From an uncultured bacterium (GTDB lineage Bacteria > CAZDME01 > JAYEMH01): a DNA stretch of 64,000 nt. Positions within the stretch are counted from its first letter, which is position 1. Every line of letters begins with the position of its first letter. A program made the translations under genes and the position numbers. The stretch is from positions 16 to 64,015 of the forward strand of contig CAZDKO010000002.1 of the NCBI GenBank assembly GCA_964506075.1, read 5' to 3'. A model generated the notes under the pieces. The model did not search any database. It worked only from the letters and a program-made list of their open reading frames with translations, and was not told the DNA's origin. This document shows, piece by piece, positions 1 to 8,600 of this stretch.

Positions 1-148
1 CACTGCCAATTTTTGTTTCCTTACATCAGAAGAAGGTTTAACGACTTGTCTCCGCAGTCAAACTAAGTACGGGGAAGAAAGCCCCCGCAGTTTTCTTCCT
101 TCCCTTTCAAAAGAATAAAACCAGCGCGGGGGTTAGAGGGGAAATAAA

Positions 149-571
149 ATGACCAGACAAGAGATTATTGAATTTATTAACGCTAATCTTTGCTGTTATC
201 TGGCTACGGCCGTAGACAACCAGCCGTACGTCCGGGGAATGATGGTTTATAAGGCGGATGAAAACGGCGTTATTTTTCACACCGGCAGTAACAAAGAATT
301 ATATCAGCAAATACTGAAAAATCCGGCCGTGGAAATTTGTTTCTTTAACCCTGAAAAGAATATTCAAGTCAGAGTCAGAGGGAAAATTGTCATCAAAAAG
401 GATATGGAATTAAAAAAAGAAATCGTCCAGGCCCGGCCTTTTTTAAAACCCTGGGTTGAAAAGATGGGCTATGATCTGTTAATAGTGTTTCAACTGGTTG
501 ATTGCGTGGCCCATTTATGGACCTTTGAAACGAACTTCTCGCCGAAAGAATATGTTAAGCTGACCGTTTAA
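149..571 (+). CDS. Pyridoxamine 5'-phosphate oxidase-like FMN-binding (GSP26-like) protein
   Basis: 140-aa ORF whose size and sequence pattern (CYLATAVDNQPYVRGM; ICFFNPEKNIQVRVRGK) resemble split-barrel PNPOx-family proteins. Recognised by eye only. Confidence 0.55.
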   Translation: MTRQEIIEFINANLCCYLATAVDNQPYVRGMMVYKADENGVIFHTGSNKELYQQILKNPAVEICFFNPEKNIQVRVRGKIVIKKDMELKKEIVQARPFLKPWVEKMGYDLLIVFQLVDCVAHLWTFETNFSPKEYVKLTV

Positions 572-608
572 TAATTTTTTGCCGGCGATTTAAACCGGAA
601 GAGGAAAG

Positions 609-1913
609 ATGAATAATAAAATAACCGGCGGTAAATTGGTTCTTGTTCACTTTTTTAGTCTAATAATCTTTGTGTTCATCGTTGTTTTATCGGTTGAGGC
701 CGGAGCGGTGAAATGTGTTTTCAAAGACCCGCAGTATTCGTTTCAATGCCTGCGCACTATCGGTTATACTGCTTCCGGCGGCGCGGACATAGGCGAGTGT
801 CTCAATACCGCTTACCGGATAAAAGAAGGGGATGACGAAAGCTGGTATAACGAATGGTTTAAAACAGCCGACCGGGTTGAAACCACGGCGAATCTCTTTT
901 TCAATCGGGGGCATAAGAGGAGCGCTAAAGAGGCATATTTCCGGGCCTCCAATTATTACCGGAACGCCGGTTTCTTTCTGGTTTCCGACCCGTTTGACCC
1001 GCGGATAATGAAGACCTGGAATAAAAGCCGGAGCTGTTTTTTAAAAGCGGCCAAATTATCCGACACCCCGATTAAGTTTATCAGGATTCCGTTTGAAAAG
1101 ACGACTCTACCTGGATATTTGTGTCTGGTGGATAATTCCGGGAAGAAAAGGCCCCTGTTAATTATCCACAGTGGTTTTGACGGTACGGCGGAGGAACTTT
1201 ATTTCGGCGTCGCTTTCGCCGCCGTTAAGCGCGGTTATAATTGCCTTCTTTTTGAAGGACCGGGACAGGGAGAAATTATCAGGAAAGAAAAGATTCCTTT
1301 TCGTCCTGATTGGGAAACGGTGGTAAAGCCCGTTGTTGATTTTGCTCTTCTTCAGCCGGAAGTTGACCCGCATAAAATCGCTCTTATGGGAATCAGCTTC
1401 GGGGGATACCTTGCTCCGCGCGCCGCTGCTTTTGAGCCTCGTCTTAAAGCGTGCATTGCTAACGGCGGGGTTTATGATTTTTATGACAGTGTTATCAAAA
1501 AAAATCCGCCGGACACCGAAGAGATTATCAATAACAAGGAGGCATCAAAGGAATTTGACCGGGGAGTCCTTGAGGAAATGAAAAAGAATGCGGATTTAAG
1601 ATGGGTTTTTGGTAACGGGATGTGGACCTTTGGTGCCGCCTCACCCAGTGAGTGGCTGAAAATGCTTAAACCTTATAATATGAAAGATACCGCCGGTAAA
1701 ATTAACTGCGCTATGCTGGTACTTGATTCCGAAGGGGATAAAGACCTTCCCGGACAGGCCAGGCAGTTATATGACGCCCTGGAGTGTCATAAAGAATACA
1801 TGGTTTTTTCAGCGGCGGAGGGAGCCGAGGAACACTGTCAGATGGGAGCGATTATGATTTCCAACGAGCGTATCTTAAACTGGCTGGATAATTTTTTTGC
1901 CTCTCACCGTTAA
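609..1913 (+). CDS. Alpha/beta-hydrolase (peptidase/esterase-like) with N-terminal hydrophobic segment
   Basis: 434-aa ORF with a nucleophile elbow GxSxG (MGISFGGY), an N-terminal TM/signal-like stretch (LVLVHFFSLIIFVFIVVL) and a C-terminal acidic/His region (EGAEEHCQ). Confidence 0.6.
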   Translation: MNNKITGGKLVLVHFFSLIIFVFIVVLSVEAGAVKCVFKDPQYSFQCLRTIGYTASGGADIGECLNTAYRIKEGDDESWYNEWFKTADRVETTANLFFNRGHKRSAKEAYFRASNYYRNAGFFLVSDPFDPRIMKTWNKSRSCFLKAAKLSDTPIKFIRIPFEKTTLPGYLCLVDNSGKKRPLLIIHSGFDGTAEELYFGVAFAAVKRGYNCLLFEGPGQGEIIRKEKIPFRPDWETVVKPVVDFALLQPEVDPHKIALMGISFGGYLAPRAAAFEPRLKACIANGGVYDFYDSVIKKNPPDTEEIINNKEASKEFDRGVLEEMKKNADLRWVFGNGMWTFGAASPSEWLKMLKPYNMKDTAGKINCAMLVLDSEGDKDLPGQARQLYDALECHKEYMVFSAAEGAEEHCQMGAIMISNERILNWLDNFFASHR

Positions 1914-1934
1914 AATTAAACTGTATTATATCGC

Positions 1935-1962
1935 TTGATAAAAATTTTAAAGGTAGTAAAAT
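1935..1962 (+). promoter_or_regulatory. Candidate sigma70-type promoter upstream of the 2037 gene
   Basis: TTGATA (1935-1940), 16-nt spacer, TAAAAT (1957-1962), about 75 nt upstream of the ATG. Confidence 0.3.
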
Positions 1963-2036
1963 ATAAAAGCTCGAATGAGGGTGAAATTAGGAATATTTTA
2001 AAAATTTAAACATAACTGCGGGGAATAATTTAAAAC

Positions 2037-3830
2037 ATGGCTAATCTTGATATTTACGGAAGTTTTAAGTTTGTTGATAAAAAGGTGATTATTAAATTAA
2101 GAGACAAGGTCTGTGAAGACTCCGAAGAATTGCTCTCCAGCATATTATTTCGCGAGGTCGTGGAGAGATTAATGAAAAAACTTGTCAGGGAAAGTTCTCC
2201 TCTTTTACAGGTGTTCGGGAAAAAAGAAGATGACCCCGTCAATCAAAACGATATTGAAGTTATGATTAAAGTTTTACAGGTGCTGGGGAAAATGCCTCTA
2301 AAAGCCGTTCCTAAATTGATTGAAGGCTCCGGGCCGTTTATCCGGGACCCGGCTCTTTTAAATACTCTGGTGGAAAGATTATATAATTACTGGAGGGAAT
2401 TTGAACGGTTTATCGTCTGTGATTCCAAAAGGGACGCTCTGGATAAGCGTCCGTACCGGACGTTCAATTCAACGATTGAATCTCTGACTGATTTGGTGAG
2501 AAAGGTATACCGTGACATTCAGGAGAACATTACCGGAAAACACCCCATAATTTACCGGCAGGTGGGGGCCGGGGCAGAGATTGCGGCCATTGCCGTGCCG
2601 AAAGAAATTGAGCTTCCGGAAGGTTCTTATCAGAAATTAGCCGGTATTTCTTTAATCCGGCAGATACTGTTATATCCGCCTCTCCTGCTTAACCCGCCGA
2701 TGAATAAAAGAGCGGGTAAATTTGAACGGATAATTAAGAACCCTCTGGAAGAACTTGAAATTGATAAGAATGAATGGTTGTGTTACCCGGCTAAAGTAGG
2801 CCCGCTTTTAATTCTTATCTATTTTCACGAAATCTTTTTTGAACTGGGTTTTTCCTTATGTAATTTATTTGAGCTGGCGGATGACGAATTTTTAGCCCGG
2901 AAGCCCGACGCCGTGTATCTATTCGGTGTGCCGGGAACGGTGCTTGACCGGATGGAAGGACTTTCACCGACGGTTTTTTATGATGATACCGAGAGGGGAA
3001 TATTAACCGCGGCTATCCCCGGGAGAAAAGAATTCGGCTATTTCGGATATCTTAAAAAGATGGCTCTGACCCTTCATAATGTCAGGGTGATGAAAGACGG
3101 AAAGATGCCTTTTCACGGAGCAATGGTCAGGATTTTTATTAAGGGTGGTAAGGTGGTAACCATGCTGATTATCGGTGATACCGGAGCCGGTAAATCAGAA
3201 ACCCTTGAGGCCTTCAGGACAATAGGCGAAGAACAGATTGAAGAAATGATTATTATTGCCGACGATATGGGCTCGTTAAGTTTTAATCAGGAAGGGAAAA
3301 TTATCGGATATGGAACAGAGGTCGGGGCGTTTATCAGACTGGACGACCTCAAGCCCGGCTATGCCCTGGGACAGCTTGACCGCTCAATCATTATGAATCC
3401 CAGCCAGATTAACGCGCGGGTGGTATTACCGGTTACGACCTATGAAGAGGTAATCAAAGGATATCCCGTTGATATGATTTTTTATGCCAATAATTATGAA
3501 GAAGTTGACGAGGACCACCCGGTGATTGAACGTCTCTTAACTCCCGAAAAAGCGCTTAATGTTTTCCGGGAGGGGACGGCGATGAGTAAAGGGACGACGA
3601 CAACAACCGGCCTCGTCCATACTTATTTTGTCAATATCTTTGGAGCCATCCAGTATAAACCGCTTCACGATGAAATCGCCAGAAAATATTTTGACGAATT
3701 CTTCAGCCAGGGGATTTTCGTCGGGCAGCTCCGGACCCGGCTGGGCATTGCCGGATACGAAAGGAAAGGGCCGGAAGAAGCAGCTCGGGAATTATTGAAG
3801 ATGTGCGTTATGCCTCCGGAACTGATATAG
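2037..3830 (+). CDS. Large protein with HPr-kinase/PEPCK-fold-like P-loop domain, function unknown
   Basis: 597-aa ORF. It carries the motif pair IIGDTGAGKSETLEAF followed 19 residues later by IIIADD, resembling the HprK/P signature GxSGxGKSE...LVADD. The N-terminal ~370 aa are not recognisable. Confidence 0.45.
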   Translation: MANLDIYGSFKFVDKKVIIKLRDKVCEDSEELLSSILFREVVERLMKKLVRESSPLLQVFGKKEDDPVNQNDIEVMIKVLQVLGKMPLKAVPKLIEGSGPFIRDPALLNTLVERLYNYWREFERFIVCDSKRDALDKRPYRTFNSTIESLTDLVRKVYRDIQENITGKHPIIYRQVGAGAEIAAIAVPKEIELPEGSYQKLAGISLIRQILLYPPLLLNPPMNKRAGKFERIIKNPLEELEIDKNEWLCYPAKVGPLLILIYFHEIFFELGFSLCNLFELADDEFLARKPDAVYLFGVPGTVLDRMEGLSPTVFYDDTERGILTAAIPGRKEFGYFGYLKKMALTLHNVRVMKDGKMPFHGAMVRIFIKGGKVVTMLIIGDTGAGKSETLEAFRTIGEEQIEEMIIIADDMGSLSFNQEGKIIGYGTEVGAFIRLDDLKPGYALGQLDRSIIMNPSQINARVVLPVTTYEEVIKGYPVDMIFYANNYEEVDEDHPVIERLLTPEKALNVFREGTAMSKGTTTTTGLVHTYFVNIFGAIQYKPLHDEIARKYFDEFFSQGIFVGQLRTRLGIAGYERKGPEEAARELLKMCVMPPELI

Positions 3831-3858
3831 AAAGATATTGATACTCAGGGAAGAAAAG

Positions 3859-4221
3859 ATGTTTGACGTTGAAATTGACAAATCAAAAAATTTATTAAAA
3901 TTAAAATTCGCTTTAAATTTTACCGCAGAAGAAGCCAAACAGTGGCTTGAAAAAACCAGGGTTTATTTATCCCGGTTAAAACCAGGGTTTTTTATTTTAA
4001 CCGATATCAGTACCCTGGATAATATGGATTATGCCGCAGGAAAATATATAGATTCCATTATGGATGCTTGTAATAAAAAAGGAGTTTCTAAGGTGGTAAG
4101 AATTATTCCCGACAAGAGAAAAGATATCGGGTTTAATATTATGTCTATTTTTCATTATAAAAGCAACGTGCAAATTGTAAATTGTGAAACTGTGGATGAA
4201 GCCTTAAAACATCTACCCTGA
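3859..4221 (+). CDS. Small STAS/SpoIIAA-like protein (tentative)
   Basis: The ORF track starts at TTG 3838; an ATG at 3859 (MFDVEIDK) is preferred. Its ~120-aa size and pattern (FFILTDISTLDNMD...VSKVVRIIPD) recall STAS-type domains. The assignment is weak. Confidence 0.35.
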   Translation: MFDVEIDKSKNLLKLKFALNFTAEEAKQWLEKTRVYLSRLKPGFFILTDISTLDNMDYAAGKYIDSIMDACNKKGVSKVVRIIPDKRKDIGFNIMSIFHYKSNVQIVNCETVDEALKHLP

Positions 4222-4310
4222 ACGATTATCACCCGCCTCACGCCTTTCATTAGAAAGTATCCAGCCTAAGAAAGTTTCATAAAAGAGCCCGATGTTTTTA
4301 GTTAAATTTC

Positions 4311-4339
4311 TTACTATTTTTAAATGATGATGTTATAAT
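4311..4339 (+). promoter_or_regulatory. Candidate sigma70 promoter with extended -10
   Basis: TTACTA (4311-4316), 17-nt spacer, TGtTATAAT with TATAAT at 4334-4339, about 35 nt upstream of the ATG at 4375. AGGT/GGGAGG SD-like sequence lies just before the start. Confidence 0.4.
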
Positions 4340-4374
4340 TGTAAAAAACAACCGGAGTTGAAACGGGAGGTAAA

Positions 4375-5772
4375 ATGAAAGTTAAATTTTTAGGGGCGGC
4401 ACAGAATGTTACCGGCTCAAAATTCCTGCTTGAGACCGAAAAATCCCGTCTTTTAATAGACTGCGGTTTATACCAGGAAAGAGAGTTTCGTTACCGTGAC
4501 TGGGAAGATTTACCGGTTTCTCCCGCCAGTATTGATGAGGTAGTTTTAACTCATGCTCATATTGACCATTGCGGCTATTTGCCTAAATTAGTAAAGAATG
4601 GCTTCAAGGGTAGAATTTTCTGCACTCACCCGACGGCAGAGATTGCTGAAATTGCCCTTTTAGATTCGGCGAAACTGCAGGAAGATGATGCCGAATTCAA
4701 AAGGAAGCGGCATGAACACGAGGGAAAAAAAGGTCCTTATCCGGAAGTACCGCTTTATACTATTGCCGACGCCAGAAAGGTTTTTCCTCTTTTTGAAACT
4801 ATTTCTTATCACGAGGAATTTCAGGTGATGCCGGACGTAAAGGCAGTTTTTTATGATGCCGGCCACATCCTGGGAGCGACCATGCTTGAGTTAAAAATAA
4901 ATGAAAACGGAAAAGAAAAAATATGCGTTTTTTCCGGCGATCTGGGAAGATGGAATAACCCCATTTTACCGGACCCGGAGATTATCAATAAAGCCGACTA
5001 TGTTTTTATGGAATCAACGTATGGGAATAGACTGCATGAAGACCAGGAAACGGCCATAGAAAAACTCTGCCGGATAATAACGGATACCCAGGAAGCCGGA
5101 GGGAACGTGATAATACCGAGTTTTGCCATTGAAAGGGCACAGGAACTTCTTTATTATCTTTATAAACTTATACAAGCGGACCGGATTCCGCATCTTATGA
5201 TTTTTCTGGACAGCCCCATGGCCATTGACGTTACCGAAGTATTTAAAAAGTATTCTGATTATTTCAGCCCTGAAACCAGAAATTTGATAGAGGACGGGCA
5301 ATCTCCTTTTGATTTCCCGTTATTAAAAATAACCCGTTTAACCGAAGAATCCAAAGCCATAAATCACCTGAAGGGTACTTCCATCATAATTGCCGGTTCA
5401 GGTATGTGCACCGGCGGAAGAATCAAACATCATTTAGCCAATAACATCACCAGAGCCGAAAATACAATTCTTTTTATCGGTTATCAGGCCGAGGGAACTC
5501 TGGGCAGGGAGATACTGGAGCGGCCTAAAAAGGTGAGAATATTCGGGAAGATACATCCGGTGCAGGCCAGGATAGAGAAAATAAACGGTTTTTCCGCCCA
5601 TGCGGATAAAAATGAACTTTTAAAGTGGGTTTCTAATTTTACCGGGACCCCCGAAAAAATATTCGTTATTCATGGTGAAAAAAAAGTAGTGGCTGATTTT
5701 GCTTCTTTTTTAAGTGAAAGGTTAAAAAGCGAAATAATTATTCCGGAATACTTAAACGAATATAATCTTTAA
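4375..5772 (+). CDS. MBL-fold beta-CASP ribonuclease (RNA-metabolising metallo-beta-lactamase)
   Basis: HxHxDH motif (LTHAHIDHCGYLP). Its 465-aa size and C-terminal pattern (GFSAHAD...FVIHGE) are typical of beta-CASP/CPSF-like enzymes. Confidence 0.8.
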   Translation: MKVKFLGAAQNVTGSKFLLETEKSRLLIDCGLYQEREFRYRDWEDLPVSPASIDEVVLTHAHIDHCGYLPKLVKNGFKGRIFCTHPTAEIAEIALLDSAKLQEDDAEFKRKRHEHEGKKGPYPEVPLYTIADARKVFPLFETISYHEEFQVMPDVKAVFYDAGHILGATMLELKINENGKEKICVFSGDLGRWNNPILPDPEIINKADYVFMESTYGNRLHEDQETAIEKLCRIITDTQEAGGNVIIPSFAIERAQELLYYLYKLIQADRIPHLMIFLDSPMAIDVTEVFKKYSDYFSPETRNLIEDGQSPFDFPLLKITRLTEESKAINHLKGTSIIIAGSGMCTGGRIKHHLANNITRAENTILFIGYQAEGTLGREILERPKKVRIFGKIHPVQARIEKINGFSAHADKNELLKWVSNFTGTPEKIFVIHGEKKVVADFASFLSERLKSEIIIPEYLNEYNL

Positions 5773-5777
5773 TTAAA

Positions 5778-7178
5778 ATGCCTGGTAAAAAATTCTGGTT
5801 AATTGTATTTTTAATCGTCGTTATAATCATATTGATATATATGAAAGAAAAACAGGTTATTACCGAATCGGGATGGGAGCGGATAGAATTTAACCGCTCT
5901 GACCGTATTCTGGTTCTGGCTCCTCATCCTGATGATGAAGTTCTGGGCTGCGGCGGTATTATCCAGAAAGCCGTAGCGATGAAATTACCTTTGCGAATAG
6001 TTTTTCTTACCTATGGCGATAATAATCAGTGGTCGTTCTGGCTTTACCGGAAGCATCCCGTCGTAAGGCCGGAATCCGTCCGGGAGATGGGTCTGGTCCG
6101 TCACGACGAAGCCATAGCGGCGGATAAAACGCTGGGGGTTCCACCGGAACAATTGATATTCCTGGGTTATCCTGATTTTAGAACTTTAAGAATCTGGTAT
6201 GCCCACTGGGGAGAGAGTCCGCCCGGACGCAGTATGCTTACCGATGTAAAAGCCGTTCCGTATGCCAATGCCTTTCGTCCGGGCGCCCCGTATAAGGGAG
6301 AAGAAATATTAAAAGATTTAAAAACGATAATTCAGGAATTTAAACCGACCAGGATATTTCTTTCACATCCGGGCGACCATAATCCCGACCACCGCTCGTT
6401 TTATCTTTTTAGCCGCATTGCCCTCTGGGACCTGGAAAAAGAGATAGACCCGGAGGTTTATCCTTACCTGATACATTATAAAAAATGGCCTTTACCCAAA
6501 GGATATCATCCCGGAAGTTTATTATATCCTCCCGGTCTGTTTGCCAAACAAATTAAATGGGGCATTAATAAGTTAAATACAGATGAAATTAATGTTAAAC
6601 ACGGGGCGATAGAAAAACACTATTCACAATATAAATCTAACGCCGCCTATCTTCTTTCTTTTATCCGTTCACCGGAATTATTCGGGGATTTCCCGGTCAT
6701 CACTTTACAAACAAATGCCCCGGCGGTCTATCTTAATTCGGGACGTGAAGAAGAGTTTGAAGAATTACCGGAAGAACTGACCGAACAGGAAAACGCTTAT
6801 TTCGTCGGTTTAGAAGAGCAGGCTGTCCGTTTAGAAAATAATGATTTGGTGCTTTCGGTTAAGTTATCACGCCCTCTGGCTGAAACGGTAGGAATTTCAA
6901 TTTATGTTTTTGGTTATAGAGAGGATAAATCTTTTCAGGATATGCCCAAAATCCATATCCGCTTTGGCGCCTTTAAGCACGAGGTTTTAAACCAGGATAA
7001 TTTGCTTCCTATGGAGGCGGTAAAGATACTTCGCCAGCCGAAAGAAATAGCCGTCCGCGTGCCGCTTGAATTACTGGGAGAGCCGGAACGTATTCTGACC
7101 AGCGCCGATACTTATTTAGGGGGAGTACCTTTAGACTGGGCTTCCTGGCGGGTTCTGGATTTAAGAATTAAGCAGTAA
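5778..7178 (+). CDS. PIG-L/LmbE-family deacetylase with N-terminal TM anchor and unknown C-terminal domain
   Basis: LVLAPHPDDEVLGCGG and HPGDHNPDH motifs are present. An N-terminal hydrophobic helix is also seen (FWLIVFLIVVIIILIY). Confidence 0.7.
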   Translation: MPGKKFWLIVFLIVVIIILIYMKEKQVITESGWERIEFNRSDRILVLAPHPDDEVLGCGGIIQKAVAMKLPLRIVFLTYGDNNQWSFWLYRKHPVVRPESVREMGLVRHDEAIAADKTLGVPPEQLIFLGYPDFRTLRIWYAHWGESPPGRSMLTDVKAVPYANAFRPGAPYKGEEILKDLKTIIQEFKPTRIFLSHPGDHNPDHRSFYLFSRIALWDLEKEIDPEVYPYLIHYKKWPLPKGYHPGSLLYPPGLFAKQIKWGINKLNTDEINVKHGAIEKHYSQYKSNAAYLLSFIRSPELFGDFPVITLQTNAPAVYLNSGREEEFEELPEELTEQENAYFVGLEEQAVRLENNDLVLSVKLSRPLAETVGISIYVFGYREDKSFQDMPKIHIRFGAFKHEVLNQDNLLPMEAVKILRQPKEIAVRVPLELLGEPERILTSADTYLGGVPLDWASWRVLDLRIKQ

Positions 7179-7206
7179 GAATTCAGGATTAAGAAGTAAG
7201 TAATTC

Positions 7207-7289
7207 GTATACCGTTGTCCGCCTGCCTGCTGCCCGCCTGTCACCCGCCTGTCGGCAGACAGGGCGGACAGGGCAGGCAGGTATACCGT
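7207..7289. repeat. GC-rich imperfect palindrome (65 bp, 7216-7280) flanked by 9-bp direct repeat GTATACCGT; MITE-like insertion
   Basis: GTATACCGT occurs at 7207-7215 and 7281-7289. The interior is built from CCTGCC/CTGTCC words that fold back on themselves. A related copy lies at 39280-39343 (27 nt identical in reverse complement). Confidence 0.6.
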
Positions 7290-7382
7290 AGAATTAAGTG
7301 GTAAGGATTAAGTAACTAAAAACTTAATTCTTAGAGTTTCCGTAGGAAACGTCTTAATTCTTAATCCTGTAAGAAGCTTAAT
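7286..7382. repeat. 97-bp repeat, copy A (perfect inverted partner at 15896-15992)
   Basis: Hand reverse-complementing 7286-7382 gives an exact match to 15896-15992. The element is built of AATTAAG/GGATTAAG words around a small hairpin (GTTTCC-GTA-GGAAAC). Confidence 0.85.
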
Positions 7383-7422
7383 TCTGTGAGAAACTTAATC
7401 CTTAATTTTTACTCCTTAATTA

Positions 7423-7509
7423 TGGTGCCGAAGGTGGGAGTTGAACCCACATGGACCGAAATCCATACGGCCCTGAACCGTACGCGTCTGCCAATTCCGC
7501 CACTTCGGC
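7423..7509 (-). tRNA. tRNA-Leu (anticodon CAG), long variable arm, CCA encoded
   Basis: The reverse complement reads GCCGAAG-TG-GCGG...TACGG-TTCAGGG-CCGTA...GGGTTCAACTCCCAC-CTTCGGC-ACCA. This gives a cloverleaf with a 7-bp acceptor stem and anticodon loop uuCAGgg. Confidence 0.9.
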
Positions 7510-7602
7510 ATTTTTCACGGATAAAATTAACCGCCGGTTTTATAATCATATAAAAAAAAGAAGAGAAAGTCAATTAAATGTTGCGGACTTTCTAAATTTC
7601 AC

Positions 7603-7631
7603 TTGCCTGCATTATATACATATGGTATACT
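7603..7631 (+). promoter_or_regulatory. Candidate promoter of smpB, possibly producing a leaderless mRNA
   Basis: TTGCCT (7603-7608), 17-nt spacer, TATACT (7626-7631). The smpB ATG at 7638 lies 7 nt after the -10, and no SD is visible. Confidence 0.35.
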
Positions 7632-7637
7632 CCACCT

Positions 7638-8087
7638 ATGGTTTCTGAGAAAATAATCACGGTTAATCGTCAGGCGAGATATGAGTATTATATTCTGGAA
7701 ACCTATGAAGCCGGTATCAGTCTTAAGGGCAATGAGGTTAAATCCTTAAGAGACGGCCGGGCAAATTTAAAAGACAGTTTCGCCCGGGTAAATAAAGGCG
7801 AGCTTTTTTTATTTAATGCCCAGATTAGCGCCTATAGTTATGACCACGAAAAAGGTTATGACCCCCGGCGGACGCGTAAGCTTTTAATGCATCGCTCGGA
7901 GATTAACGGCCTTACAGGGAGAGTCGGGGAAAAGGGGTTGACTTTAGTTCCCCTTAAGATGTATTTTAAGCATGGTAAAGCGAAAGTGGAAATTGCTCTG
8001 GCGAAGGGTAAAAAACTTTATGATAAGCGGGAAACCCTTAAGCGCCGGGCGGCGGAAAGAGAAATTAAACGTTCAATGAAAGGATAG
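7638..8087 (+). CDS. smpB: SsrA-binding protein SmpB
   Basis: 149-aa ORF with NRQARYEYYILETYEAGISLKGNEVKSLR and a C-terminal basic tail. It lies adjacent to tmRNA. Confidence 0.95.
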   Translation: MVSEKIITVNRQARYEYYILETYEAGISLKGNEVKSLRDGRANLKDSFARVNKGELFLFNAQISAYSYDHEKGYDPRRTRKLLMHRSEINGLTGRVGEKGLTLVPLKMYFKHGKAKVEIALAKGKKLYDKRETLKRRAAEREIKRSMKG

Positions 8088-8094
8088 ATGTTTT

Positions 8095-8199
8095 CCCCCG
8101 TGCCTGCCCCTGTGTTTCGTTTTACAAGCTAAAGCGAAGTAAAACGACAGAGGGCCAGTTTTATTCTTTCTCGAAGAGAACGAATAAAACTACGGGGGG
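8095..8199. repeat. Multi-stem palindromic element (family H) between smpB and ssrA
   Basis: A closing stem CCCCCGT (8095) / ACGGGGG (8192-8199) encloses two inner hairpins: TCGTTTTAC...GTAAAACGA and AGTTTTATTC...GAATAAAACT. Its termini are shared with the element at 50681-50738. Confidence 0.6.
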
Positions 8200-8216
8200 A
8201 GTGTGCCAAACATAAC

Positions 8217-8572
8217 GGGGGCGAATCAGGCTCGACCGAGGCAATGTTAGCCAAAGTAGCATGCCGAGTTTGTCAGGGAGCTCGTCAAAAACTTGACAAA
8301 AAATTAACAGCTGACTTTGCGAAAGCTGCTTAAGATTACCCACGGGTAATCTCGTCCTCCCCGGTATCGTCTGTGTGCCGGGAAAGGGCGTCGACTCAGC
8401 AGACTGGTTACTGTCCCTGCCTGAGGGGTGGTAACGAGATTTTACCAGGATAGTCTCTTCTAAATCATGCTTATGGGAGTTAGGAGAGGCGAAGTTCAAA
8501 TTATAAGCTAAGCATGTAGAATCTTTGACGGCAACCTTTGGGACCCGGGTGCAATTCCCGGCGCCTCCACCA
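8217..8572 (+). ncRNA. ssrA: tmRNA (SsrA)
   Basis: The 5' GGGGGCG pairs with the 3' CGCCUCC-ACCA, including a G3:U pair (alanine identity). A T-arm-like GGGTGCAATTCCCGG is present. The internal tag frame ends GCT GAC TTT GCG AAA GCT GCT TAA (...ADFAKAA*). Confidence 0.9.
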
Positions 8573-8600
8573 TAAACAAAAAAATAAAGGAGTGGCCAGT

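Noticed and set aside
7451-7648. 65-aa plus-strand ORF.
   Set aside because: It overlaps tRNA-Leu (opposite strand) and the smpB promoter region. It has no SD and a low-complexity translation.
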